Position numbers and translations under genes: made by a program. The notes below the pieces were generated by a model that searched no databases, had not been told where the DNA came from, and saw nothing but the letters and a program-made list of their open reading frames with translations. From an uncultured delta proteobacterium (GTDB lineage Bacteria > Desulfobacterota > Desulfobacteria > Desulfobacterales > SG8-13), in NCBI GenBank assembly GCA_963825595.1, contig CAWGUE010000017.1, positions 18,779-82,778 on the forward strand: 64,000 nucleotides of DNA, written 5' to 3'. Position 1 is the first letter of the stretch. Each line of letters opens with the position of its first letter. This document shows positions 10,103 to 19,848 of this stretch, piece by piece.

Positions 10103-10585
10103 ATGGACAGACAGTTCTTGGAATTCTGGGGAAATTATCTGCTTTCGGTTGCTAAAGGCCAGAAGCAACTCGAAGATATGACACGTTGGATACACCAGGG
10201 CTTCAAAGGTGCGGATGAAATGGCGGTGATGTTCAAGAAATATTACGGTCTGGAAGATTACGAGCAGAGCAAACCGGAAAGCGCTTCGGCCTGGGAAAAG
10301 GCCGCCGCGGATTTCGGAAAATCGTTTAGTGAATATTTCCGGGTCATGGGCTGGATATCGATAGAAGAATACCAGGCCCTCGAAGAAAAAAACCGGTCAC
10401 TCGAGGAAAAAATCGCTCAACAGGACCGAACCATCAAACGCCTCAAAGGCCTTCTCAACCAGCCGGTCATCGACCAGAGTCAAACCCTCAATGTCCTTCA
10501 AGACCTCATCAAGAAGCAGAGTGATGAATTTAAGCAGTTACTGACAAACCTCTCCGCCCCGGCCAAAAAAGATTCCGATTCCTGA
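10103..10585 (+). CDS. coiled-coil protein of unknown function in the PHA locus
   Basis: 160 aa. Heptad-rich segment EEYQALEEKNRSLEEKIAQQDRTIKRLKGLL. No clear RBS. Confidence 0.5.
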   Translation: MDRQFLEFWGNYLLSVAKGQKQLEDMTRWIHQGFKGADEMAVMFKKYYGLEDYEQSKPESASAWEKAAADFGKSFSEYFRVMGWISIEEYQALEEKNRSLEEKIAQQDRTIKRLKGLLNQPVIDQSQTLNVLQDLIKKQSDEFKQLLTNLSAPAKKDSDS

Positions 10586-10630
10586 ATGAATCTCCCTATA
10601 GCAAGCTGCAGGGAGATTCATTCTTTTTTC
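10584..10630 (+). terminator. 14-bp perfect stem-loop followed by T6, between convergent genes
   Basis: GAATGAATCTCCCT (10584-10597), 12-nt loop, AGGGAGATTCATTC (10610-10623), then TTTTTT at 10624-10629. The stem overlaps both stop codons. Confidence 0.7.
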
Positions 10631-11520
10631 TGGCTCTTTTCGAGTTTTCTGACCTTTTTCTTCAACAGATAAATTTCCTTGTAAAGATCGTCCAAATCGC
10701 TCTGGTTCGGCACAGACATAGACTTCAAAAGGTCCTGGGTGATGGCTTCCCGGGCCAAAAGAACTTCAGCGAGATCATCAAGGGTTTTGCGCATGATCTC
10801 ACTGTATTCAGGAGACTTGTAAAGGGTCATGTAGTGCCCTTCGAGTATCTTTATCCACATTTTATAGTACGTGTTGGCATCTTCGGCCAACTTGCCTTCC
10901 TGAGCCATTCGGGTCACTTCGTCCTGAAGCACCCTGAACGATTTTTCAATCGGCAGATAGAAAATGTAAAGAAACTCGTTGAGTGTGGCCTGGAACCGGT
11001 TAATCTTGTCGAGACTCTGGTTGAATTTTTCCTGATAGACACGGGTCAATCCCAACTGGGGCATATTAAAATACTGCCTGAATTCTTTCTCGTAAATATC
11101 CGTCCAGACCTTGAAGGTCTCTTCTTCCAGATTCTCGAAGGAGTAGGCCTGTGTTTTTTGACCGATTCTTCCCGTCTTTTCCAGCCATTGCTGCTGGAGT
11201 TCAAAAACCCCCTGCCAGCTCGATTGTACAATTTTCATCAAGACGTTCGGAACGCCGTGGCCCAGGTTTGAGAAGACATCCATGGCGCCGGGATCGTTGG
11301 CAACCGCAGAAAGGGTCTGCCAGGTCTTCAGTACCGACTCTAAAGACTGATGGGACCGGCTCTGACTTCGGCCGGTTTCATCTTCTGTTTTATCACCTGT
11401 GGCCTCTACGCTGGTTCCGGGCCAGTTCCGTAACATTGATCCCCAGTAGTCGGATGCGGTCCTGATCCAGGCGCTCAGCAGATTATCGGCATCCGAAGCG
11501 GATCGTTTTTCATCGCTCAT
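10618..11520 (-). CDS. phaE: PHA synthase subunit PhaE (class III-type partner subunit)
   Basis: 300 aa. PhaE-box-like NMPQLGLTRVYQEKF. C-terminal coiled coil with K-rich tail. Confidence 0.75.
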   Translation of the reverse strand: MSDEKRSASDADNLLSAWIRTASDYWGSMLRNWPGTSVEATGDKTEDETGRSQSRSHQSLESVLKTWQTLSAVANDPGAMDVFSNLGHGVPNVLMKIVQSSWQGVFELQQQWLEKTGRIGQKTQAYSFENLEEETFKVWTDIYEKEFRQYFNMPQLGLTRVYQEKFNQSLDKINRFQATLNEFLYIFYLPIEKSFRVLQDEVTRMAQEGKLAEDANTYYKMWIKILEGHYMTLYKSPEYSEIMRKTLDDLAEVLLAREAITQDLLKSMSVPNQSDLDDLYKEIYLLKKKVRKLEKSQKKE

Positions 11521-11545
11521 CGATTAACCTCATTTCAGGAAAGCT

Positions 11546-11947
11546 TCAGCGTTGGCACAGCTCGACCAGAACGCCGCCCGTGGCTTTGGGGTGTAAAAAG
11601 GCGATTTTGGCTCCGCCGGCACCCAAGCGCGGCTTTTCATCGATCAGCCGTACACCTTTTTCCTTCAACTCCTCAAGTGCCGCCTCAATGTCGGCTACGC
11701 GAAAAGCAATATGCTGGATCCCCGGCCCCTTTTTTTCTAAATATTTGGCAATGGGTCCGTCAGGCGCGGTCGACTCGAGCAGTTCCACTTCGCTTTCGCC
11801 AACGGGAAAAAAGGCCGTGGTGACTTTCTGTTCGGTAACGGTCTCGGCGCCCTCAAAGGTCAGGCCGAGAACATCGGACCAGAAGTTCTTCCCTTCATCA
11901 ATGCTGCTGACCGCGATACCGAGGTGATCAATCTTGAGTATCTTCAT
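11546..11947 (-). CDS. mce: methylmalonyl-CoA epimerase (VOC/glyoxalase fold)
   Basis: 133 aa. IDHLGIAV...GIQHIAFRV...GAKIAFLHPK...GVLVEL pattern. Confidence 0.85.
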   Translation of the reverse strand: MKILKIDHLGIAVSSIDEGKNFWSDVLGLTFEGAETVTEQKVTTAFFPVGESEVELLESTAPDGPIAKYLEKKGPGIQHIAFRVADIEAALEELKEKGVRLIDEKPRLGAGGAKIAFLHPKATGGVLVELCQR

Positions 11948-12018
11948 TCGAAATTCCTTTCTGAAACGTATTGAAAGTGGACCGGCACAGGTGCTGTTTT
12001 ATAGGGGAGTCTGACAGT

Positions 12019-13200
12019 CTATTTATGCTTCTCAAGGGTTTTACGAAATCCGGGAATGGATTTTATAATCGTCTCATCTTCGACACAATAGGAAAGCCGA
12101 AAGTGTCCCGGCCCGCCGAAACCGCTTCCTGGTACGGCTAAAATCATTTCCTCCTGAAGCGATTTAACGAAGGCCACATCATCCGGAATCGGCGTCCGGG
12201 GAAACAAATAAAAGGCTCCGGGCGGCCGCACGAACGCGTACCCGCATTCGGCCAAGCCGTCGCAGAGCAGTTCTCTTTTTCGGGCGTATGCCGAAATATC
12301 GACCGTTGCCCCTTGCACCTTGGCCACGGTTCGCTGGGCGAGGGCCGGCGCATTTACAAACCCGAGGATTCTGGTGGCCAGCGTCATGCCGCTGATCAAA
12401 TCCTGTCGAAAGGCCGCCGGGGGATTAACGGCAATGAGCCCGATGCGCTCGCCGGGTATGGACAGGTCTTTGGAGTACGACGTTGCCAGGATGCTGTCGC
12501 GGTAACAGCCGAAAATGCTTGGAACCGGCATGTCCTCATAAACGATCTTGCGGTATGGTTCGTCCGAAATAAGGTAGATGGTTCGCTGGTGTTCCCGGCA
12601 CTTTTGATCCAGGAGTTGGCCGAGATTCCGCAAACTCTCTTTCGAATATATCTGTCCGGTGGGATTGTTTGGAAAATTTATCAGTACGGCTTTGGTTTTT
12701 GCCGTTATGGCGGCCGACAGCGCTTCGAGATCGAGGGTGAAATCAGGATGCGTCGCTGCTGTCTTCAACACGCCGCCATGGTTGGCGGCGTAGAATTTGT
12801 ATTCGACGAAGAATGGGGCCGGAGTGATGACTTCGTCGCCCGGATCGAGAATGGTTTTCAGGATCACGTTGAGCGCACCGGCGGCACCGCAAGTCATGAT
12901 GACCTCGTTTTCAGTGAGGCTTACCTTGTGCTCGCTGCTCAGATATTGGGCCACCGCGCGACGCACGTGCGGGTACCCGGCATTCGGCATGTAGGCATGT
13001 CCCATCGGTCCTGTCGATTCGACAACGGCCTTGAGAGCTTTTTTAAAGACCTCGGGCGGATCCTGATTGGGGTTCCCGAGGCTGAAATCATATACGTTCT
13101 CGGCCCCATGCTCGGCTTTCAGCCGGGCCCCCTCCTCGAACATCTTCCGGATCCATGAGGAACCGGCCATCATGCCGGTGATGGACGCTGCTATGCTCAT
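12019..13200 (-). CDS. class I/II pyridoxal-phosphate aminotransferase (aspartate/alanine type)
   Basis: INFPNNPTG, SYSKDLS (PLP lysine) and GERIG motifs. ATG at 13200 with GAGGA upstream; the tracked start at 13266 is an extension. Confidence 0.85.
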   Translation of the reverse strand: MSIAASITGMMAGSSWIRKMFEEGARLKAEHGAENVYDFSLGNPNQDPPEVFKKALKAVVESTGPMGHAYMPNAGYPHVRRAVAQYLSSEHKVSLTENEVIMTCGAAGALNVILKTILDPGDEVITPAPFFVEYKFYAANHGGVLKTAATHPDFTLDLEALSAAITAKTKAVLINFPNNPTGQIYSKESLRNLGQLLDQKCREHQRTIYLISDEPYRKIVYEDMPVPSIFGCYRDSILATSYSKDLSIPGERIGLIAVNPPAAFRQDLISGMTLATRILGFVNAPALAQRTVAKVQGATVDISAYARKRELLCDGLAECGYAFVRPPGAFYLFPRTPIPDDVAFVKSLQEEMILAVPGSGFGGPGHFRLSYCVEDETIIKSIPGFRKTLEKHK

Positions 13201-13353
13201 TACCTGTCCTCGATCGATGATTGATTCATTGCGGATAGATACTTCGGCGACTGCCAGGCTCGACAACCATATCCTCGCGCTTTACTAAAACGGATTGTCG
13301 GTGTCCGACGCCTATGGGATATTTAATCCCTATATAACCGTTTCACTCAAAGA

Positions 13354-13572
13354 TCAAACGGACACGACCGATTTTATCTCGGGAATTTCCTGTTTCAAAA
13401 TCCTCTCGATACCGTTCTTGATGGTCATCTGGGACATGGGACATCCGGCACAAGCTCCCTGGAGACGGACTTTCACGACGCCCTCCTCCACTTCGACCAG
13501 TTCTACGTCACCGCCGTCGCGTTGCAGCATGGGACGGATCTTTTTCATTGCCGCTTCAACTTTCTCTTTCAT
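13354..13572 (-). CDS. NifU C-terminal-domain (Nfu-like) Fe-S assembly protein
   Basis: 72 aa. IRPMLQRDGGDVELVEV...GACAGCPMSQMT motif. Confidence 0.85.
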   Translation of the reverse strand: MKEKVEAAMKKIRPMLQRDGGDVELVEVEEGVVKVRLQGACAGCPMSQMTIKNGIERILKQEIPEIKSVVSV

Positions 13573-13885
13573 ATTGTCCTCCTAATGAGAGCTGCCGAAT
13601 CGGGCAGCCCAAGGGGTTGGGTGATTATAACGTGCCATATCGGACGTACCTTAGATAATAAATACAAAAAACAAAAAATCCACCGGCAAGGGAAGATCAA
13701 TGACAAAAAGTGGTTTAATAATTCCAGATCACGCTCAAAACAAGGCCTGGGACCATGAAAAAACCCTGCATATACGGGCGGTATGTATTTCAGTGCCCGG
13801 GGCAGGATCCCCTGATATTGAGCGAGAAGAGCCACAACACCGTGACTTGTCCGCCTTTGGTGGATTGAGTGTTAGAATGATGAAA

Positions 13886-15166
<1,281 letters not shown>

Positions 15167-15171
15167 ACATT

Positions 15172-16224
15172 TCATACAATCAACATGGCATCCCCATAAC
15201 TGTAAAACCTGTATTTCTCTCCGATGGCCGCTTCGTATGCATTGAGAATGTTTTCTCGTCCGGCAAAGGCCGCCACAAGCATCAGCAGAGTCGATTTAGG
15301 CAAGTGAAAGTTGGTCACCAGGCCATCGATCAACTTAAACCGATATCCCGGATAGATGAAAAGATCGCATGTGCCGCTGCCAGGCGTGATGCCTCCGCTG
15401 TCGTCGGCTGTGAACTCAAGGGTGCGCACGCAAGTGGTGCCCACTGCTACAATGCGACCACCCGCTTTCTTGGCCGTGTTGATCTGCTCGGCCGCTGATT
15501 CGGTAATCATGAACCTTTCGGGATACATTCGGTGCTCGCGAATATCCGAAACCCTGACCGGTAAAAACGTCCCGTAGCCGACATGCAGGGTCACGGTGGC
15601 AATTCCGATGCCTTTGGCGGCGACAGCTGCCAGCAACTCCTGTGAAAAATGGAGCCCGGCCGTCGGCGCTGCCACGGCCCCCTTTTGCTCGGCATAGACC
15701 GTCTGGTAACGGGATCTATCTTCAGACAAAGGATCACCGGATGCCCGCCTGATATAGGGCGGCAAAGGAACCCGGCCGATGTGATGGAGTTTTTCGACAA
15801 AGGGTCCGTCGCTCTCGAATGCCAGGGTATAAATTCCGGAACCACCGGCCTTCACGGTAGCCTGCAGGCCGGCCTCAAAGTACAGCGCAGCGCCGATCCG
15901 GGGCCGCTTGGCGGTTTTAACCAGGCACTGGCAAACAAACCGGCCGCCGATCTCCTTCCCCCCGGCAAAATCGAGGACCAAGACCTCAACCTTTCCGCCG
16001 CTCGATTTACGGCCGAACAGACGCCCCGGAATGACCTCGGTGTTGTTGACGACCAGCACGTCCAGCGGTTCGAGTAAGGAAAGAAGGTCGCTAAATACGT
16101 GGTGGGCGACGGCACCGTTGCGACGGTTCATCACCAAGAGCCGTGAGTGGTCCCTGGCGACGGCTGGTTGTTGCGCGATACGCTCCGGTGGGAGACTGTA
16201 ATCGTAATCAGACAAAGAATACAT
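15172..16224 (-). CDS. queA: S-adenosylmethionine:tRNA ribosyltransferase-isomerase
   Basis: 350 aa. YDYSLPPERIAQQP start, TAGLHF, GTTCVRTLE motifs. Confidence 0.95.
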   Translation of the reverse strand: MYSLSDYDYSLPPERIAQQPAVARDHSRLLVMNRRNGAVAHHVFSDLLSLLEPLDVLVVNNTEVIPGRLFGRKSSGGKVEVLVLDFAGGKEIGGRFVCQCLVKTAKRPRIGAALYFEAGLQATVKAGGSGIYTLAFESDGPFVEKLHHIGRVPLPPYIRRASGDPLSEDRSRYQTVYAEQKGAVAAPTAGLHFSQELLAAVAAKGIGIATVTLHVGYGTFLPVRVSDIREHRMYPERFMITESAAEQINTAKKAGGRIVAVGTTCVRTLEFTADDSGGITPGSGTCDLFIYPGYRFKLIDGLVTNFHLPKSTLLMLVAAFAGRENILNAYEAAIGEKYRFYSYGDAMLIV

Positions 16225-16239
16225 CGAATCGGCTTTCCG

Positions 16240-16425
16240 TCACCGTTTTCCCGCATAGACCAGTACGAGTCCCAGAAGCATCAACACAAATCCGACCCGG
16301 CGCAAGCTCCCTTCCGGCATTTCAGCGACCTTCAAGATCCATGTTTTCATTTTCACCGGGAAAGTAAAATACGGTAATCCTTCGACAATCATGACCATAC
16401 CGATCACACACAAAAAGAAATCCAT
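16240..16425 (-). CDS. DUF2065-like small membrane protein
   Basis: MDFFLCVIGMVMIVEGLPYF...RRVGFVLMLLGLVLVY: two TM helices. ATG at 16425. Confidence 0.6.
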   Translation of the reverse strand: MDFFLCVIGMVMIVEGLPYFTFPVKMKTWILKVAEMPEGSLRRVGFVLMLLGLVLVYAGKR

Positions 16426-16727
16426 AAAATGTCCTTTTGGCCCCTTAATCCCGGTTGAACTCGAAATCAAAATTTTTATTTATAATTCCATCACCTGAAT
16501 GATGTCAAAGTAAAACCCTGATCGAGCGAAAGTCGAGACTTGCCCGCAGGCTAAACAACATCGGGACAAAATAGTAGAATCCTGTCTCAGTGCGAATGGA
16601 GCTATACAAATGACGTCGAATCATCAGACGGCCTTCGAAGACTATCCGATCCCGCTATCCCGCGCATTAAAGGAAAATGGGGGTTAGAATTGGTCCTGGT
16701 CTGACCGGTGAAACGCACACTCGCCGC

Positions 16728-16756
16728 TTGACACTGCTAGGGGCTATCGTTAATAT
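16728..16756 (+). promoter_or_regulatory. sigma70-type promoter TTGACA-17 nt-TAATAT
   Basis: Hexamers at 16728-16733 and 16751-16756. This would give a leader of about 190 nt before the phosphatase ATG at 16948. Confidence 0.45.
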
Positions 16757-16947
16757 CAACCCGCCGGTCGCGTCTCAGTCCGTTCGGGGACTCTGCCGAG
16801 GTAAAACCTAATTCGATTCCAATCAACGTATACCGGGGACAAAATGGAGGACAGCACCGAAAAGAAGTTTAATCCGAAGATTATCACATATACTACACCT
16901 TCGCGGTCATCCTGCTGACGATTTACGGAGGACAGGTCTGACCGTGG

Positions 16948-18408
16948 ATGGAGACGCTGCCCCCCGTGATGCTGGGGGCCATCATATTCGGGGCGTTCAC
17001 CCCTATAGCCTTTCTCAGGGGTCCCTTGGAACGGTTTTTTGTCCGGCAAGCGCCGGTCGCTGACCAACCGAAACGGCAAATCGTCCTGGACATATCGCTC
17101 TGTCTGCTGGCCGGTATGATCGGTGCGACCTTCAACACGATTGTGTTTGATTTTCCACCGGCCAGTGCATTGAGCCTGCTTTTCGGCTGCGCCGTAGTCG
17201 GTTTCTTCATTGCCATCGATATGGCCCTGGATCGTGAAAGGCGCAATATACTGACCGCCTTAGACAGGCAGCGCAGCCTGCCGCTGGGTGACCGTCTTTT
17301 CCCGGTCACCCGTAAATTCTTTCTGGTGGCCGTTTCCACCGCTCTGATCGTGACAGTGGTCATTGTTCTGGTCATTTCCCGCGATATCGTCTGGCTTTCC
17401 AAGATCGAGCAGTCCGAATCGGCCCTTATCGACGCTCAACTTTCCGTATCATACGAAATATTCTTCATCATGGGCATTCTGCTGGCCATGGTCATCAACC
17501 TGATTTACTCTTATTCTAAAAATTTAAAAATACTGTTTCAAAACGAAACCAGCGTTCTCGAACAGGTCAGCCGCGGTGATCTATCCGGTCTCGTTCCGGT
17601 TGCCACCAACGATGAATTCGGTCTCATCGCCGCCCATACCAACTCAATGATTCAAGGCCTTCGCCACCGCATCCGTTTGATTTCGGCACTCAAGCTGGCC
17701 GAAGAGGTTCAGCGCAATCTCCTGCCAAGCCAGGCGCCTAAAATTCCCGGCCTGGACATTTCCGGCATAAGCATTTACTGCGATGAAACCGGCGGCGATT
17801 ATTATGACTATCTCAGATTGCCGGGCGGGCATTTGGGCATTGTCGTAGCGGACGCTTCCGATCACGGCGTCAGTGCCGCACTCCACATGACCACTGCCAG
17901 AGCTTTTTTGCTTTACGGTACCCAAAACATCGATGGTCTTGCGGCCCTGATCGACGATATCAACCGTCATCTCGTTCGGGACAGTCTGCAGACGGGTCGC
18001 TTCGTGTCCTTGTTCCTGCTGGAAGTCGATCCGCAACAAAAAACGCTTCGCTGGGTGCGGGCGGGACATGAACCGGCGCTGCTCTATGAACCGGGCCCGA
18101 ATGAATTTCAGCAACTTTCCGGCGAGGGGATCGTACTGGGTGCCGACGACGGTTACCGCTTTCAGGCCTACAGCCGCCATCAATGGGACCCCGGGAGCGT
18201 TCTTGTCATCGGCACTGACGGTGTCCATGAAACCCGAAACAAAGAGGGCCGAATGTTCGGCCGGGAGCGTTTGCAGGACATCGTCCGCCGGCACCACATG
18301 GAAAACGCCGGTTCGATTCAGACGGCTATCTTAGGGGAACTGGAAAATTTCAGAGGCACGGCGCCGCAGGAAGACGACATCACCCTTGTCATAGCGAAAC
18401 TACTTTAA
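16948..18408 (+). CDS. membrane-bound HAMP-domain PP2C (SpoIIE/RsbU-type) serine phosphatase
   Basis: N-terminal TM helices. HAMP-like NDEFGLIAAHTNSMIQGLRHR. PP2C motifs GGDYYDY, VADASDHGVSAAL, GTDGVHE, QEDDITL. Confidence 0.85.
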   Translation: METLPPVMLGAIIFGAFTPIAFLRGPLERFFVRQAPVADQPKRQIVLDISLCLLAGMIGATFNTIVFDFPPASALSLLFGCAVVGFFIAIDMALDRERRNILTALDRQRSLPLGDRLFPVTRKFFLVAVSTALIVTVVIVLVISRDIVWLSKIEQSESALIDAQLSVSYEIFFIMGILLAMVINLIYSYSKNLKILFQNETSVLEQVSRGDLSGLVPVATNDEFGLIAAHTNSMIQGLRHRIRLISALKLAEEVQRNLLPSQAPKIPGLDISGISIYCDETGGDYYDYLRLPGGHLGIVVADASDHGVSAALHMTTARAFLLYGTQNIDGLAALIDDINRHLVRDSLQTGRFVSLFLLEVDPQQKTLRWVRAGHEPALLYEPGPNEFQQLSGEGIVLGADDGYRFQAYSRHQWDPGSVLVIGTDGVHETRNKEGRMFGRERLQDIVRRHHMENAGSIQTAILGELENFRGTAPQEDDITLVIAKLL

Positions 18409-18590
18409 CCCGAAAATTTCATGAACTCTTTACAGCGAGTGATCAAAAAGAAAAACGGTTGAGTCATATCATTAAATCTATTCAGCAGTTGAGCGGGTTG
18501 TAACATCTAAAATTTATTACATGACCAGAGAAGATTTCACCTTTCTCTTGGTGAAATGAGCGGGCTAACACCATTCAACGGCCGGTATCA

Positions 18591-19511
18591 TCATTTCGGA
18601 AACTTGCCGGGAGCCTGCTTGCGACAACCGGAACAGATCATCCCCTCGGTATCCCCGGCGGCAAACCGGCGACGATAATCCGCATAACGGGTGCCTTGCC
18701 ATATATCGGCAATGCGCTCCCTGGTCAGATCCCCCATAACGCTATGCTGCTCCCAATCCGAGCAGCATAGAACCATTCGGCCGTCATAGAGAACAAAGAT
18801 TTGCTCCATCAGCCTCCGGCACCAGGCAAAGGGCACCAGCCTTTCGGCGCCGACCGCTGTCGCGCGAATCTCCCTGTGGTCGATCCGATTTTCCACCGGT
18901 TCGATGTGCAGTTTGATTTTACGCTTTTGCCAATATCGACGGATCTCGGGAAGTTCATCACGGGTTTGGATGGCATCGACCGTGACAATTTCCAGCCGGG
19001 GTCTCCTGTAACCCCCCTTCTCCTTGAGAACCAAGAACCTGTCGATATTCTTGAGGGTTCTTTCCAGCGGAAGATTCATGATGCGTCGATACGTTTCGGG
19101 AACGATACTCTGAACCGATATTTTCAGTTTGTCGAGACCCGAGTCAAGCAGCCTCCGCGCCATGTCCTCTGTGAGCAGACCGCCGTGCGTGGTAATTTTG
19201 GTGTACTGAGGTTTTTTTATGCGGGCACTGATATAGGCAACCCGCTCGGGAAGAAACCGATCCAGCAGGGGTTCGTTCATCAAGTAAAGGGTATAGCGCC
19301 GGATGCCAAGCTCGAGGCATTGGTCCGCCACAGATCGAAAAAGATTTCCATCCATGCGGCGCCCCATGGGTATCTTGCGCCGTGTTTTTCCATTCGGACA
19401 AAATACACATCTGCCGTTGCATCCCGAAACCGTTTGAATTTGCACATTCTCGGGCGGCGCATTGGCGTTCGAGTCGATAGGTAGTGGTTCAGCCGTCTCA
19501 TTCATTATCAT
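18591..19511 (-). CDS. radical SAM enzyme with C-terminal SPASM/twitch-like Cys cluster
   Basis: CNGRCVFC (CxxxCxxC) near the N-terminus. C-terminal CCSDW...CSGC. AAGAGGA RBS 7 nt before the ATG at 19511. Confidence 0.8.
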   Translation of the reverse strand: MIMNETAEPLPIDSNANAPPENVQIQTVSGCNGRCVFCPNGKTRRKIPMGRRMDGNLFRSVADQCLELGIRRYTLYLMNEPLLDRFLPERVAYISARIKKPQYTKITTHGGLLTEDMARRLLDSGLDKLKISVQSIVPETYRRIMNLPLERTLKNIDRFLVLKEKGGYRRPRLEIVTVDAIQTRDELPEIRRYWQKRKIKLHIEPVENRIDHREIRATAVGAERLVPFAWCRRLMEQIFVLYDGRMVLCCSDWEQHSVMGDLTRERIADIWQGTRYADYRRRFAAGDTEGMICSGCRKQAPGKFPK

Positions 19512-19560
19512 TAAACTATCCTCTTGATTGCCCGTTGTCAAAGCGCTGAAACATCGTTAG

Positions 19561-19625
19561 CGGGAATCCGCGAAAAGGTGAGGGCATCATATGAGTGTCT
19601 GATTCATAAATGAGAATTATTTCCA
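19561..19625 (-). repeat. R2 element, partial copy in the leader of the radical SAM gene
   Basis: The reverse complement reads ATTCTCATTTATGAATCAGACACTCATATGATGCCCTCACCTTTTCGCGGATTCCCG. Compare 36566-36615. Confidence 0.65.
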
Positions 19626-19848
19626 GTGCTACTATAAGGCTCGATTGACCCTGCCGAACAATCTCCCCGCACTTGAATATCGCTTTTGTGCTTGTCAAAT
19701 TGATTCAAGACATATTAATGCTTAAAATTATTAGATTAGCCCTTTGCTGACAGGCGCAATCAGGCTCCCGGATACCTCTGATTGTCCCTTCTTTGTCCAC
19801 GAAAAATCATTCACCGACACAACAGCAGCAAAACCGGGATAATAAATC

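Noticed and set aside
13573-13885. 313-nt gap between tgt and the Nfu-like gene, examined for an RNA gene
   Set aside because: Only a short hairpin (GCTGCC-GAATCG-GGCAGC at about 13593-13610) is present, and no tRNA or known sRNA features were recognised. There is nothing I can support.
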